This document shows positions 28,061 through 41,800 of a DNA stretch of 64,000 bases, piece by piece. The notes under the pieces were generated by a model. It had not been told where the DNA came from and searched no databases. It was given only the letters and a program-made list of their open reading frames with translations. How positions within the stretch are numbered: position 1 is the stretch's first letter; every line of letters begins with the position of its first letter. The DNA comes from the human T2T-CHM13v2.0 reference genome, Homo sapiens: NCBI RefSeq assembly GCF_009914755.1, contig NC_060938.1, one strand, 5' to 3'. The translations under genes and the position numbers were made by a program.

Positions 28061-30781
28061 GTGCCTCAAAGCTGCTCTCTGAAACGGAATGTTCAACTCT
28101 ATGAGTTGAATGCAAACATCACAAAGACGTTTCTGAGAATGCTTCTGTCTAGATTTGATATGAAGATATTCCCGTTTCCAACGAAATCTTCAAATCTATC
28201 CAAATGTCCACTTGCAGATTCAACAAAAAGTGTTTTTCAAAACTGCTGTATGAAAAGAAAGATCCACCTCTGTTAGCTGAGTTCACACATCACACATGAG
28301 AATGCTTCTGTCTAGTTTTTATTTGAAGATATTTCCTTTCTCACCATAGAGCTGAAAGCTGTCCTAATGTTCACTTCCAGATACTACAGAAAGAGTGTTT
28401 CAAAACTGCTGTACGAAAGGGAATGTTCAACTCTGTGACTTGAATGCACACATCACAAAGAAGTTTCTGAGGATGCTGCTGTTCTACTTTTTATACGTAA
28501 TCCCGTTTCCAACGAAATCCTCCAAGCTATCCAAATATCCACTTGCAGATTCCACAGAAAGACTGTTTCAAAACTGCTCTGTCAATAGAAAGGTTCAACT
28601 CTGTTAGCTGCGTGCATATATCCCAAAGAAGATTCTGAGATTGCTTCTGTCTAGTTTTTATGGGAAGATATTTCCCTTTTCACCGTAGACGTCAAGGCGC
28701 TCCAAATGTCCACTTCCAGATATTACAAAAAGAGTGTTTCAAACCTACTCTGTGAAAGGGAATATTCAACTCTGTGACTTGAATGCAGATATCACAAAGA
28801 AGTTTCTGAGAATGCTTCTGTCGAGATTTTATATGAAGATATTCCCGTTTCCAACGAAATCCTGAAATGTATCCAAATATCCCCTCGCAGATTCTACAAA
28901 AAGAGTGTTTCAAAACTGCTCTGTAAAAAGAAAGGTTCAACTCTGTTAGTTGAGTACACACATCACAAACAAGTTTCACAGAATTGTTCTTTCTAGCTTG
29001 TAGGGGAAGATATTCCCTTTATCACCATGGTCCTCAAACCGTCCGAAACGTCCACTTCCATATACTACAAAAAGAGCATTTCAAACCTGCTCTATGAAAG
29101 GCAATGTTCAACTCTGTGACTTGAATGCAGACATCACAGAGCAGTTTCTGAGAATGCTTCTGTCTAGATTTTATAGGAAGATATTCCCGATTCCAACGAA
29201 ATCTTCACAGCTATCCAAATATCCACTTGCAGATTCTACAAAAAGAGTGTATCAAAACTGCTCTGTCAAAAGGAAGGTTCTTCTCTGTTAGTTGAGTACA
29301 AACGTCATAAAGGAGTTTCTGAGAATGTTTCTGTCTAGTGGTTATGGGAAGATATTTGCTTTTTCACCGTAGGCCTCAGAGCGCTCCAAATATCCACTTG
29401 CACATACTACAAAAAGAGTGCTTCAAAGCTGCTCTCTGAAACGGAATGTTCAACTCCATGAGTTGAATGCAAACATCACAAAGACGTTTCGGAGAATGCT
29501 TCTGTCTAGATTTGATATGAAGATATTCCCGTTTCCAAGGAAATCTTCAAATCTATCCAAATGTCCACTTGCAGATTCAACAAAAAGTGTTTTTCAGAAC
29601 TGCTCTATCAAAAGAAAGATCCACTTCTGTTAGCTGAGTTCACACATCACAAACAAGTTTATGAGAATGCTTCTGTCTAGTTTTTATTTGAAGATATTTC
29701 CTTTCTCACCATAGAGCTGAAAGCTGTCCTAATGTTCACTTCCAGATACTACAGAAAGAGTGTTTCAAAACTGCTGTACGAAAGGGAATGTTCAACTCTG
29801 TGACTTGAATGCACACATCACAAAGAAGTTTCTGAGGATGCTGCTGTCTACTTTTTATACGTAATCCCTTTTCCAACGAAATCCTCCAAGCTATCCAAAT
29901 ATCCACTTGCAGATTCCACAGAAAGACTGTTTCAAAACTGCTCTGTCAATAGAAAGGTTCAACTCTGTTAGCTGCATGCATATATCCCAAAGAAGATTCT
30001 GAGATTGCTTCTGCCTAGTTTTTATGGGAAGATATTTCCCTTTTCACCGTAGGCGTCAAGGCGCTCCAAATGTCCACTTCCAGATACTACAAAAAGAGTG
30101 TTTCAAACCTACTCAGTGAAAGGGAATATTCAACTCTGTGACTTGAATGCAGATATCACAAAGAAGTTTCTGAGAATGCTTCTGTCGAGATTTTATATGA
30201 AGATATTCCCGTTTCCAACGAAATCCTGAAATCTATCCAAATATCCCCTCGCAGATTCTACAAAAAGAGTGTTTCAAAACTGCTTTGTAAAAAGAAAGGT
30301 TCAACTCTGTTAGTTGAGTACACACATCACAAACAAGTTTCACAGAATGCTTCTTTCTAGCTTGTAGGGGAAGATATTTCCTTTATCACCATGGTCCTCA
30401 AACCGTCCGAAAGGTCCACTTCCATATACTAAAAAAAGAGTGTTTGAAACCTGCTCTATGAAAGGCAATGTTCAACTCTGTGACTTGAATGCAGACATCA
30501 CAGAGCAGTTTCTGAAAATGCTTCTTTCCAGACTTTATAGGAAGATATTCCCGTTTCCAACGAAATCTTCACAGCTATCCAAATATCCACTTGCAGATAC
30601 TACAAAAAGAGTGTATCAAAAATGCTCTGTCAAAAGGAAAGTTCTTCTCTGCTAGTTGAGTACATACGTCATAAAGAAGTTTCTGAGAATGTTTTTGTCT
30701 AGTGGATATGGGAAGATATTTGCTTTTTCCCCGTAGGCCTCAAAGCGCTCCAAATGTCCACTTGCACATACTACAAAAAGA

Positions 30782-31801
30782 GTGCTTCAAAGCTGCTCTC
30801 TGAAAGGGAATGTTCAACTCCATGAGTTGAATGCAAACATCACAAAGACGTTTCTGAGAATGCTTCTGTCTAGATTTGATATGAAGATATTCCCGTTTCC
30901 AACGAAATCTTCAAATCTATCCAAATGTCCACTTGCATATTCAACAAAGTGTTTTTCAAAACTGCTGTATCAAAAGAAAGATCCAATTCTGTTAGCGGAG
31001 TTCACACTTCACAAACAAGTTTATCAGAATTCTTCTGTCTAGTTTTTATTTGAAGATATATCCTTTCTCACTATAGACCTGAAAGCTCTCCTAAAGTTCA
31101 CTTCCAGATACTACAGAAAGAGTGTTTCAAAACTGCTGTACGAAAGGGAATGTTCAACTCTGTGACTTGAATGCACACATCACAAGGAAATTTCTGAGGA
31201 TGCTGCTGTCTACTTTTTATACGTAATCCCGTTTCCAAAGAAATCCTCCAAGCTATCCAAATACCCACTTGCAGATTCCACAGAAAGACTGTTTCAAAAC
31301 TGCTCTGTCAATAGAAAGGTTCAACTCTGTTAGCTGCGTGCATATATCCCAAAGAAGATTTTGAGATTGCTTCTGTCTAGATTTGATGGGAAGATATTTC
31401 CCTTTTCACAGTAGACGTCAAGGCGCTCCAAATGTCCACTTCCAGATACTACAAAAAGAGTGTTTCAAACCTACTCTGTGAAAGGGAATATTCAACTCTG
31501 TGACTTGAATGCAGATATCACAGAGCAGTTTCTGAGAATGCTTATGTCTAGATTTTATAGGAAGATATTCCCGTTTCCAACGAAATCTTCACAGCTATCC
31601 AAATATCCACTTGCAGATTCTACAAAAAGAGTGTATCAAAACTGCTCTGTCAAAAGGAAGGTTCTTCTCTGTTAGGTGAGTGCATACGTCATAAAGGAGT
31701 TTCTGAGAATGTTTCTGTCTAGTGGTTATGGGAAGATATTTGCTTTTTCACCGTAGGCCTCAGAGCACTCCAAATATCCACTTGCAGATACTACAAAAAG
31801 A
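30782..31801 (-). repeat. 6-mer HOR deletion variant (type 1), second copy; junction ~31517-31522
   Basis: 1020-bp step, with the same hybrid junction and the same flanking variants (agatttgatggg, cacagtagacg, aatacccact). Confidence 0.92.
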
Positions 31802-32829
31802 GTGCCTCAAAGCTGCTCTCTGAAACGGAATGTTCAACTCTATGAGTTGAATGCAAACATCACAAAGACGTTTCTGAGAATGCTTCTGTCTAGATTTGAT
31901 ATGAAGATATTCCCGTTTCCAACGAAATCTTCAAATCTATCCAAATGTCCACTTGCAGATTCAACAAAAAGTGTTTTTCAGAACTGCTCTATCAAAAGAA
32001 AGATCCACCTGTGTTAGCTGAGTTCACACATCACAAACAAGTTTATGAGAATGTTTCTGTCTGGTTTTTATTTGAAGATATTTCTTTTCTCACCATAGAC
32101 CTGAAAGCTGTCCTAATGTTCACTTCCAGATACTACAGAAAGAGTGTTTCAAAACTGCTGTACGAAAGGGAATGTTCAACTCTGTGACTTGAATGCACAC
32201 ATCACAAAGAAGTTTCTGAGGATGCTGCTGTTCTACTTTTTATACGTAATCCCGTTTCCAACGAAATCCTCCAAGCTATCCAATATCCACTTGCAGATTC
32301 CACAGAAAGACTGTTTCAAAACTGCTCTGTCAATAGAAAGGTTCAACTCTGTTAGCTGCGTGCATATATCCCAAAGAAGATTCTGAGATTGCTTCTGTCT
32401 AGTTTTTATGGGAAGATATTTCCCTTTTCACCGTAGACGTCAAGGCGCTCCAAATGTCCACTTCCAGATACTACAAAAAGAGTGTTTCAAACCTACTCTG
32501 TAAAAGGGAATATTCAACTCTGTGACTTGAATGCAGATATCACAAAGAAGTTTCTGAGAATGCTTCTGTCGAGATTTTATATGAAGATATTCCCGTTTCC
32601 AACGAAATCCTGAAATCTATCCAAATATCCCCTCGCAGATTATACAAAAAGAGTGTTTCAAAACTGCTCTGTAAAAAGAAAGGTTCAACTCTGTTAGTTG
32701 AGTACACACATCACAAACAAGTTTCACAGAATGCTTCTTTCTAGCTTGTAGGGGAAGATATTTCCTTTATCACCATGGTACTCAAACCGTCCGAAACGTC
32801 CACTTCCATATACTCAAAAAGGAGTGTTT

Positions 32830-35800
32830 GAAACCTGCTCTATGAAAGGCAATGTTCAACTCTGTGACTTGAATGCAGACATCACAGAGCAGTTTCTGAG
32901 AATGCTTCTGTCCAGACTATATAGGAAGATATTCCCGTTTCCAACGAAATCTTCACAGCTATCCAAATATCCACTTACAGATACTACAAAAAGAGTGTAT
33001 CAAAAATGCTCTGTCAAAAGGAAAGTTCTTCTCTGCTAGTTGAGTACATACGTCATAAAGAAGTTTCTGAGATTGTTTCTGTCTGGTGGTTATGGGAAGA
33101 TATTTGCTTTTTCCCCGTAGGCCTCAAAGCGATCCAATTGTCCACTTGCACATACTACAAAAAGAGTGCTTCAAAGCTGCTCTCTGAAAGGGAATGTTCA
33201 ACTCTTTGAGTTGAATGCAAACATCACAACGACGTTTCTGAGAATGCTTCTGTCTAGATTTGATATGAAGATATTCCCGTTTCCAATGAAATCTTCAAAT
33301 CTATCCAAATGTCCACTTGCAGATTCAACAAAGTGTTTTTCAAAACTGCTGTATCAAAAGAAAGATCCAACTCTGTTAGCGGAGTTCACACTTCACAAAC
33401 AAGTTTATCAGAATTCTTCTGTCTAGTTTTTATTTGAAGATATATCCTTCCTCACTATAGACCTGAAAGCTCTCCTAAAGTTCACTTCCAGATACTACAG
33501 AAAGAGTGTTTCAAACCTGCTGTACGAAAGGGAATTTTCAACTCTGTGACTTGAATGCACACATCACAAGGAAGTTTCTGAGGATGCTGCTGTCTACTTT
33601 TTATACGTAATCCCGTTTCCAACGAAATCCTCCAAGCTATCCAAATATCCACTTGCAGATTCCACAGAAAGACTGTTTCAAAACTGCTCTGTCAATAGAA
33701 AGGTTCAACTCTGTTAGCTGCGTGCATATATCCCAAAGAAGATTCTGAGATTGCTTCTGTCTAGTATTTATGGGAAGATATTTCCCTTTTCACCGTAGGT
33801 GTCAAGGTGCTCCAAATGTCCACTTCCAGATACTACAAAAAGAGTGTTTCAAACCTACTCTGTGAAAGGGAATATTCAACTCTGTGACTTGAATGCAGAT
33901 ATCACAAAGAAGTTTCTGAGAATGCTTCTGTCGAGATTTTATATGAAGATATTCCCGTTTCCAACGAAATCCTGAAATCTATCCAAATATCCCCTCGCAG
34001 ATTCTACAAAAAGAGTGTTTCAAAACTGCTCTGTAAAAAGAAAGGTTCAACTCTGTTAGTTGAGTACACACATCACAAACAAGTTTCACAGAATTGTTCT
34101 TTCTAGCTTGTAGGGGAAGATATTCCCTTTATCACCGTGGTCCTCAAACCGTCCGAAACGTCCACTTCCATATACTACAAAAAGAGCATTTCAAACCTGC
34201 TCTATGAAAGGCAATGTTCAACTCTGTGACTTGAATGCAGACATCACAGAGCAGTTTCTGAGAATGCTTCTGTCTAGATTTTATAGGAAGATATTCCCGT
34301 TTCCAACGAAATCTTCACAGCTATCCAAATATCCACTTGCAGATTCTACAAAAAGAGTGTATCAAAACTGCTCTGTCAAAAGGAAGGTTCTTCTCTGTTA
34401 GTTGAGTACAAACGTCATAAAGGAGTTTCTGAGAATGTTTCTGTCTAGTGGTTATGGGAAGATATTTGCTTTTTCCCCGTAGGCCTCAGAGCGCTCCAAA
34501 TATCCACTTGCACATACTACAAAAAGAGTGCTTCAAAGCTGCTCTCTGAAAGGGAATGTTCAACTCCATCAGTTGAATGCAAACATCACAAAGACGTTTC
34601 TGAGAATGCTTCTGTCTAGATTTGATATGAAGATATTCCCGTTTCCAAGGAAATCTTCAAATCTATCCAAATGTCCACTTGCAGATTCAACAAAAAGTGT
34701 TTTTCAGAACTGCTCTATCAAAAGAAAGATCCACTTCTGTTAGCTGAGTTCACACATCACAAACAAGTTTATGAGAATGCTTCTGTCTAGTTTTTATTTG
34801 AAGATATTTCCTTTCTCACCATAGACCTGAAAGCTGTCCTAATGTTCACTTCCAGATACTACAGAAAGAGTGTTTCAAAACTGCTGTACGAAAGGGAATG
34901 TTCAACTCTGTGACTTGAATGCACACATCACAAAGAAGTTTCTGAGGATGCTGCTGTCTACTTTTTATACGTAATCCCGTTTCCAACGAAATCCTCCAAG
35001 CTATCCAAATATCCACTTGCAGATTCCACAGAAAGACTGTTTCAAAACTGCTCTGTCAATAGAAAGGTTCAACTCTGTTAGCTGCGTGCATATATCCCAA
35101 AGAAGATTCTGAGATTGCTTCTGTCTAGTTTTTCTGGGAAGATATTTCCCTTTTCACCGTAGGCGTCAAGGCGCTCCAAATGTCCACTTCCAGATACTGC
35201 AAAAAGAGTGTTTCAAACCTACTCTGTGAAAGGGAATATTCAACTCTGTGCCTGGAATGCAGATATCACAAAGAAGTTTCTGAGAATGCTTCTGTCGAGA
35301 TTTTATATGAAGATATTCCCGTTTCCAACGAAACCCTGAAATCTATCAAAATATCCCCTCGCAGATTCTACAAAAAGAGTGTTTCAAAACTGCTCTGTAA
35401 AAAGAAAGGTTCAACTCTGTTAGTTGAGTACACACATCACAAACAAGTTTCACAGAATGCTTCTTTCTAGCTTGTAGAGGAAGATATTCCCTTTATCACC
35501 ATGGGCCTCAAACCGTCCGAAACGTCCACTTCCATATACTACAAAAAGAGCGCTTCAAACCTGCTCTATGAAACGCAATGTTCAACTCTGTGACTTGAAT
35601 GCAGACATCACAGAGCAGTTTCTGAGAATGCTTCTGTCTAGATTTTATAGGAAGATATTCCCGTTTCCAAGGAAATCTTCACAGCTATCCAATATCCACT
35701 TGCAGATTCTACAAAAAGAGTGTATCAAAACTGCTCTGTCAAAAGGAAGGTTCTTCTCTGTTAGTTGAGTACATACGTCATAAAGGAGTTTCTGAGAATG

Positions 35801-38800
35801 TTTCTGTCTAGTGGTTATGGGAAGATATTTGCTTTTTCCCCGTAGGCCTCAGAGCGCTCCAAATATCCACTTGCACATACTACAAAAAGAGTGCTTCAAA
35901 GCTGCTCTCTGAAAGTGAATGTTCAACTCTATGAGTTGAATGCAAACATCACAAAGACGTTTCTGAGAATGTTTCTGTCTACATTTGATATGAAGATATT
36001 CCCGTTTCCAACGAAATCTTCAAATTTATCCAAATGTCCACTTGCAGATTCAACAAAGTGTTTTTCAAAACTGCTGTATCAAAAGAAAGATCAAACTCTG
36101 TTAGCGGAGTTCACACTTCACAAACAAGTTTATCAGAATTCTTCTGTCTAGTTTTTATTTGAAGATATATCCTTTCTCACTATAGACCTGAAAGCTCTCC
36201 TAAAGTTCACTTCCAGATACTACAGAAAGAGTGTTTCTAAACTGCTGTACGAAAGGGAATGTTCAACTCTGTGACTTGAATGCACACATCACAAGGAAGT
36301 TTCTGAAGATGCTGCTGTCTACTTTTTATACGTAATCCCGTTTCCAACGAAATCCTCCAAGCTATCCAAATATCCACTTGCAGATTCCACAGAAAGAGTG
36401 TTTCAAAACTGCTCTGTCAATAGAAAGGTTCAACTCTGTTAGCTGCGTGCATATATCCCAAAGAAGATTCTGAGATTGCTTCTGTCTAGTTTTTATGGGA
36501 AGATATTTCCCTTTTCACCGTAGGTGCCAAGGTGCTCCAAATGTCCACTTCCAGATACTACAAAAAGAGTGTTTCAAACCTACTCTATGAAAGGGAATAT
36601 TCAACTCTGTGACTTGAATGCACATATCACAAAGAAGTTTCTGAGAATGCTTCTGTCGAGATTTTATATGAAGATATTCCCGTTTCCAACGAAATCCTGA
36701 AATCTATCCAAATATCCCCTCGCAGATTCTACAAAAAGAGTGTTTCAAAACTGCTCTGTAAAAAGAAAGGTTCAACTCTGTTAGTTGAGTACACACATCA
36801 CAAACAAGTTTCACAGAATGCTTCTTTCTAGCTTGTAGGGGAAGATATTCCCTTTATCACCATGGGCCTCAAACCGTCCGAAACGTCCACTTCCATATAC
36901 TACAAAAAGAGCGTTTCAAACCTGCTCTATGAAAGGCAATGTTCAACTCTGTGACTTGAATGCAGACATCACAGAGCAGTTTCTGAGAATGCTTCTGTCT
37001 AGATTTTATAGGAAGATATTCCCGTTTCCAACGAAATCTTCACAGCTATCCAAATATCCACTTGCAGATTCTACAAAAAGAGTGTATCAAAACTGCTCTG
37101 TCAAAAGGAAGGTTCTTCTCTGTTAGGTGAGTGCATACGTCATAAAGGAGTTTCTGAGAATGTTTCTGTCTAGTTATTATGGGAAGATATTTGCTTTTTG
37201 ACCGTAGGCCTCAGAGCGCTCCAAATATCCACTTGCACGTACTACAAAAAGAGTGCTTCAAAGCTGCTCTCTGAAACGGAATGTTCAACTCTATGAGTTG
37301 AATGCAAACATCACAAAGACGTTTCTGAGAATGCTTCTGTCTAGATTTGATATGAAGATATTCCCGTTTCCAACGAAATCTTCAAATCTATCCAAATGTC
37401 CACTTGCAGATTCAACAAAAGAGTTTTTCAGAACTGCTCTATCAAAAGAAAGATCCACCTCTGTTAGCTGAGTTCACACATCACAAACAAGTTTATGAGA
37501 ATGCTTCTGTCTAGTTTTTATTTGAAGATATTTCCTTTCTCACCATAGACCTGAAAGCTGTCCTAATGTTCACTTCCAGATACTACAGAAAGAGTGTTTC
37601 AAAACTGCTGTACGAAAGGGAATGTTCAACTCTGTGACTTGAATGCACACATCACAAAGAAGTTTCTGAGGATGCTGCTGTCTACTTTTTATACGTAATC
37701 CCGTTTCCAACGAAATCCTCCAAGCTATCCAAATATCCACTTGCAGATTCCACAGAAAGACTGTTTCAAAACTGCTCTGTCAATAGAAAGGTTCAACTCT
37801 GTTAGCTGCGTGCATATATCCCAAAGAAGATTCTGAGATTGCTTCTGTCTAGTTTTTATGAGAAGATATTTCCCTTTTCACCGTAGGCGTCAAGGCGCTC
37901 CAAATGTCCACTTCCAGATACTACAAAAAGAGTGTTTTAAACCTACTCTGTGAAAGGGAATATTCAACTCTGTGACTTGAATGCACATATCACAAAGAAG
38001 TTTCTGAGAATGCTTCTGTCGAGATTTTCTATGAAGATATTCCCGTTTCCAACGAAATCCTGAAATCTATCCAAATATCCCCTCGCAGATTCTACAAAAA
38101 GAGTGTTTCAAAACTGCTCTGTAAAAAGAAAGGTTCAACTCTGTTAGTTGAGTACACACATCACAAACAAGTTTCACAGAATGCTTCTTTCTAGCTTGTA
38201 GGGGAAGATATTCCCTTTATCACCATGGGCCTCAAACCGTCCGAAACGTCCACTTCCATATACTACAAAAAGAGCGTCTCAAACCTGCTCTATGAAAGGC
38301 AATGTTCAACTCTGTGACTTGAATGCAGACATCACAGAGCAGTTTCTGAGAATGCTTCTGTCTAGATTTTATAGGAAGATATTACCGTTTCCAACGAAAT
38401 CTTCACAGCTATCCAAATATCCACTTGCAGGTTCTACAAAAAGAGTGTATCAAAACTGCTCTGTCAAAAGGAAGGTTCTTCTCTGTTAGGTGAGTGCATA
38501 CGTCATAAAGGAGTTTCTGAGAATGTTTCTGTCTAGTGGTTATGGGAAGATATTTGCTTTTTCACCGTAGGCCTCAGAGCGCTCCAAATATCCACTTGCA
38601 CATACTACAAAAAGAGTGCTTCAAAGCTGTTCTTTGAAAGGGAATGTTCAACTCTATGAGTTGAATGCAAACATCACAAAGACGTTTCTGAGAATGCTTC
38701 TGTCTAGATTTGATATGAAGATATTCCCGTTTCCAACGAAATCTTCAAATCTATCCAAATGTCCACTTGCATATTCAACAAAAGTGTTTTTCAGAACTGC

Positions 38801-41800
38801 TCTATCAAAAGAAAGATCCACCTCTGTTAGCTGAGTTCACACATCACAAACAAGTTTATGAGAATGCTTCTGTCTAGTTTTTATTTGAAGATATTTCCTT
38901 TCTCACCATAGAGCTGAAAGCTGTCCTAATGTTCACTTCCAGATACTACAGAAAGAGTGTTTCAAAACTGCTGTACGAAAGGGAATGTTCAACTCTGTGA
39001 CTTGAATGCACACATCACAAAGAAGTTTCTGAGGATGCTGCTGTCTACTTTTTATACGTAATCCCGTTTCCAACGAAATCCTCCAAGCTATCCAAATATC
39101 CACTTGCAGATTCCACAGAAAGACTGTTTCAAAACTGCTCTGTCAATAGAAAGGTTGAACTCTGTTAGCTGCGTGCATATATCCCAAAGATGATTCTGAG
39201 ATTGCTTCTGTCTAGTTTTTATGGGAAGATATTTCCCTTTTCACCGTAGGTGTCAAGGTGCTCCAAATGTCCACTTCCAGATACTACAAAGAGTGTTTCA
39301 AACCTACTCTGTGAAAGGGAATATTCAACTCTGTGACTTGAATGCAGATATCACAAAGAAGTTTCTGAGAATGCTTCTGTCGAGATTTTATATTAAGATA
39401 TTCCCGTTTCCAACGAAATCCTGAAATCTATCCAAATATCCCCTCGCAGATTCTACAAAAAGTGTGTTTCAAAACTGCTCTGTAAAAAGAAAGGTTCAAC
39501 TCTGTTAGTTGAGTACACACATCACAAACAAGTTTCACAGAATGCTTCTTTCTAGCTTATAGGGGAAGATATTTCCTTTATCACCATGGTCCTCAAACCG
39601 TCCGAAACGTCCACTTCCATATACTAAAAAAAGAGTGTTTGAAACCTGCTCTATGAAAGGCAATGTTCAACTCTGTGACTTGAATGCAGACATCACAGAG
39701 CAGTTTCTGAGAATGCTTCTGTCCAGACTATATAGGAAGATATTCCCGTTTCCAACGAAATCTTCACAGCTATCCAAATATCCACTTACAGATACTACAA
39801 AAAGAGTGTATCAAAAATGCTCTGTCAAAAGGAAAGTTCTTCTCTGCTAGTTGAGTACATACGTCATAAAGAAGTTTCTGAGATTGTTTCTGTCTGGTGG
39901 TTATGGGAAGATATTTGCTTTTTCCCCGTAGGCCTCAAAGCGATCCAATTGTCCACTTGCACATACTACAAAAAGAGTGCTTCAAAGCTGCTCTCTGAAA
40001 GGGAATGTTCAACTCTTTGAGTTGAATGCAAACATCACAACGACGTTTCTGAGAATGCTTCTGTCTAGATTTGATATGAAGATATTCCCGTTTCCAATGA
40101 AATCTTCAAATCTATCCAAATGTCCACTTGCAGATTCAACAAAGTGTTTTTCAAAACTGCTGTATCAAAAGAAAGATCCAACTCTGTTAGCGGAGTTCAC
40201 ACTTCACAAACAAGTTTATCAGAATTCTTCTGTCTAGTTTTTATTTGAAGATATATCCTTCCTCACTATAGACCTGAAAGCTCTCCTAAAGTTCACTTCC
40301 AGATACTACAGAAAGAGTGTTTCAAACCTGCTGTACGAAAGGGAATTTTCAACTCTGTGACTTGAATGCACACATCACAAGGAAGTTTCTGAGGATGCTG
40401 CTGTCTACTTTTTATACGTAATCCCGTTTCCAACGAAATCCTCCAAGCTATCCAAATATCCACTTGCAGATTCCACAGAAAGACTGTTTCAAAACTGCTC
40501 TGTCAATAGAAAGGTTCAACTCTGTTAGCTGCGTGCATATATCCCAAAGAAGATTCTGAGATTGCTTCTGTCTAGTATTTATGGGAAGATATTTCCCTTT
40601 TCACCGTAGGTGTCAAGGTGCTCCAAATGTCCACTTCCAGATACTACAAAAAGAGTGTTTCAAACCTACTCTGTGAAAGGGAATATTCAACTCTGTGACT
40701 TGAATGCAGATATCACAAAGAAGTTTCTGAGAATGCTTCTGTCGAGATTTTATATGAAGATATTCCCGTTTCCAACGAAATCCTGAAATCTATCCAAATA
40801 TCCCCTCGCAGATTCTACAAAAAGAGTGTTTCAAAACTGCTCTGTAAAAAGAAAGGTTCAACTCTGTTAGTTGAGTACACACATCACAAACAAGTTTCAC
40901 AGAATTGTTCTTTCTAGCTTGTAGGGGAAGATATTCCCTTTATCACCGTGGTCCTCAAACCGTCCGAAACGTCCACTTCCATATACTACAAAAAGAGCAT
41001 TTCAAACCTGCTCTATGAAAGGCAATGTTCAACTCTGTGACTTGAATGCAGACATCACAGAGCAGTTTCTGAGAATGCTTCTGTCTAGATTTTATAGGAA
41101 GATATTCCCGTTTCCAACGAAATCTTCACAGCTATCCAAATATCCACTTGCAGATTCTACAAAAAGAGTGTATCAAAACTGCTCTGTCAAAAGGAAGGTT
41201 CTTCTCTGTTAGTTGAGTACAAACGTCATAAAGGAGTTTCTGAGAATGTTTCTGTCTAGTGGTTATGGGAAGATATTTGCTTTTTCCCCGTAGGCCTCAG
41301 AGCGCTCCAAATATCCACTTGCACATACTACAAAAAGAGTGCTTCAAAGCTGCTCTCTGAAAGGGAATGTTCAACTCCATCAGTTGAATGCAAACATCAC
41401 AAAGACGTTTCTGAGAATGCTTCTGTCTAGATTTGATATGAAGATATTCCCGTTTCCAAGGAAATCTTCAAATCTATCCAAATGTCCACTTGCAGATTCA
41501 ACAAAAAGTGTTTTTCAGAACTGCTCTATCAAAAGAAAGATCCACTTCTGTTAGCTGAGTTCACACATCACAAACAAGTTTATGAGAATGCTTCTGTCTA
41601 GTTTTTATTTGAAGATATTTCCTTTCTCACCATAGACCTGAAAGCTGTCCTAATGTTCACTTCCAGATACTACAGAAAGAGTGTTTCAAAACTGCTGTAC
41701 GAAAGGGAATGTTCAACTCTGTGACTTGAATGCACACATCACAAAGAAGTTTCTGAGGATGCTGCTGTCTACTTTTTATACGTAATCCCGTTTCCAACGA

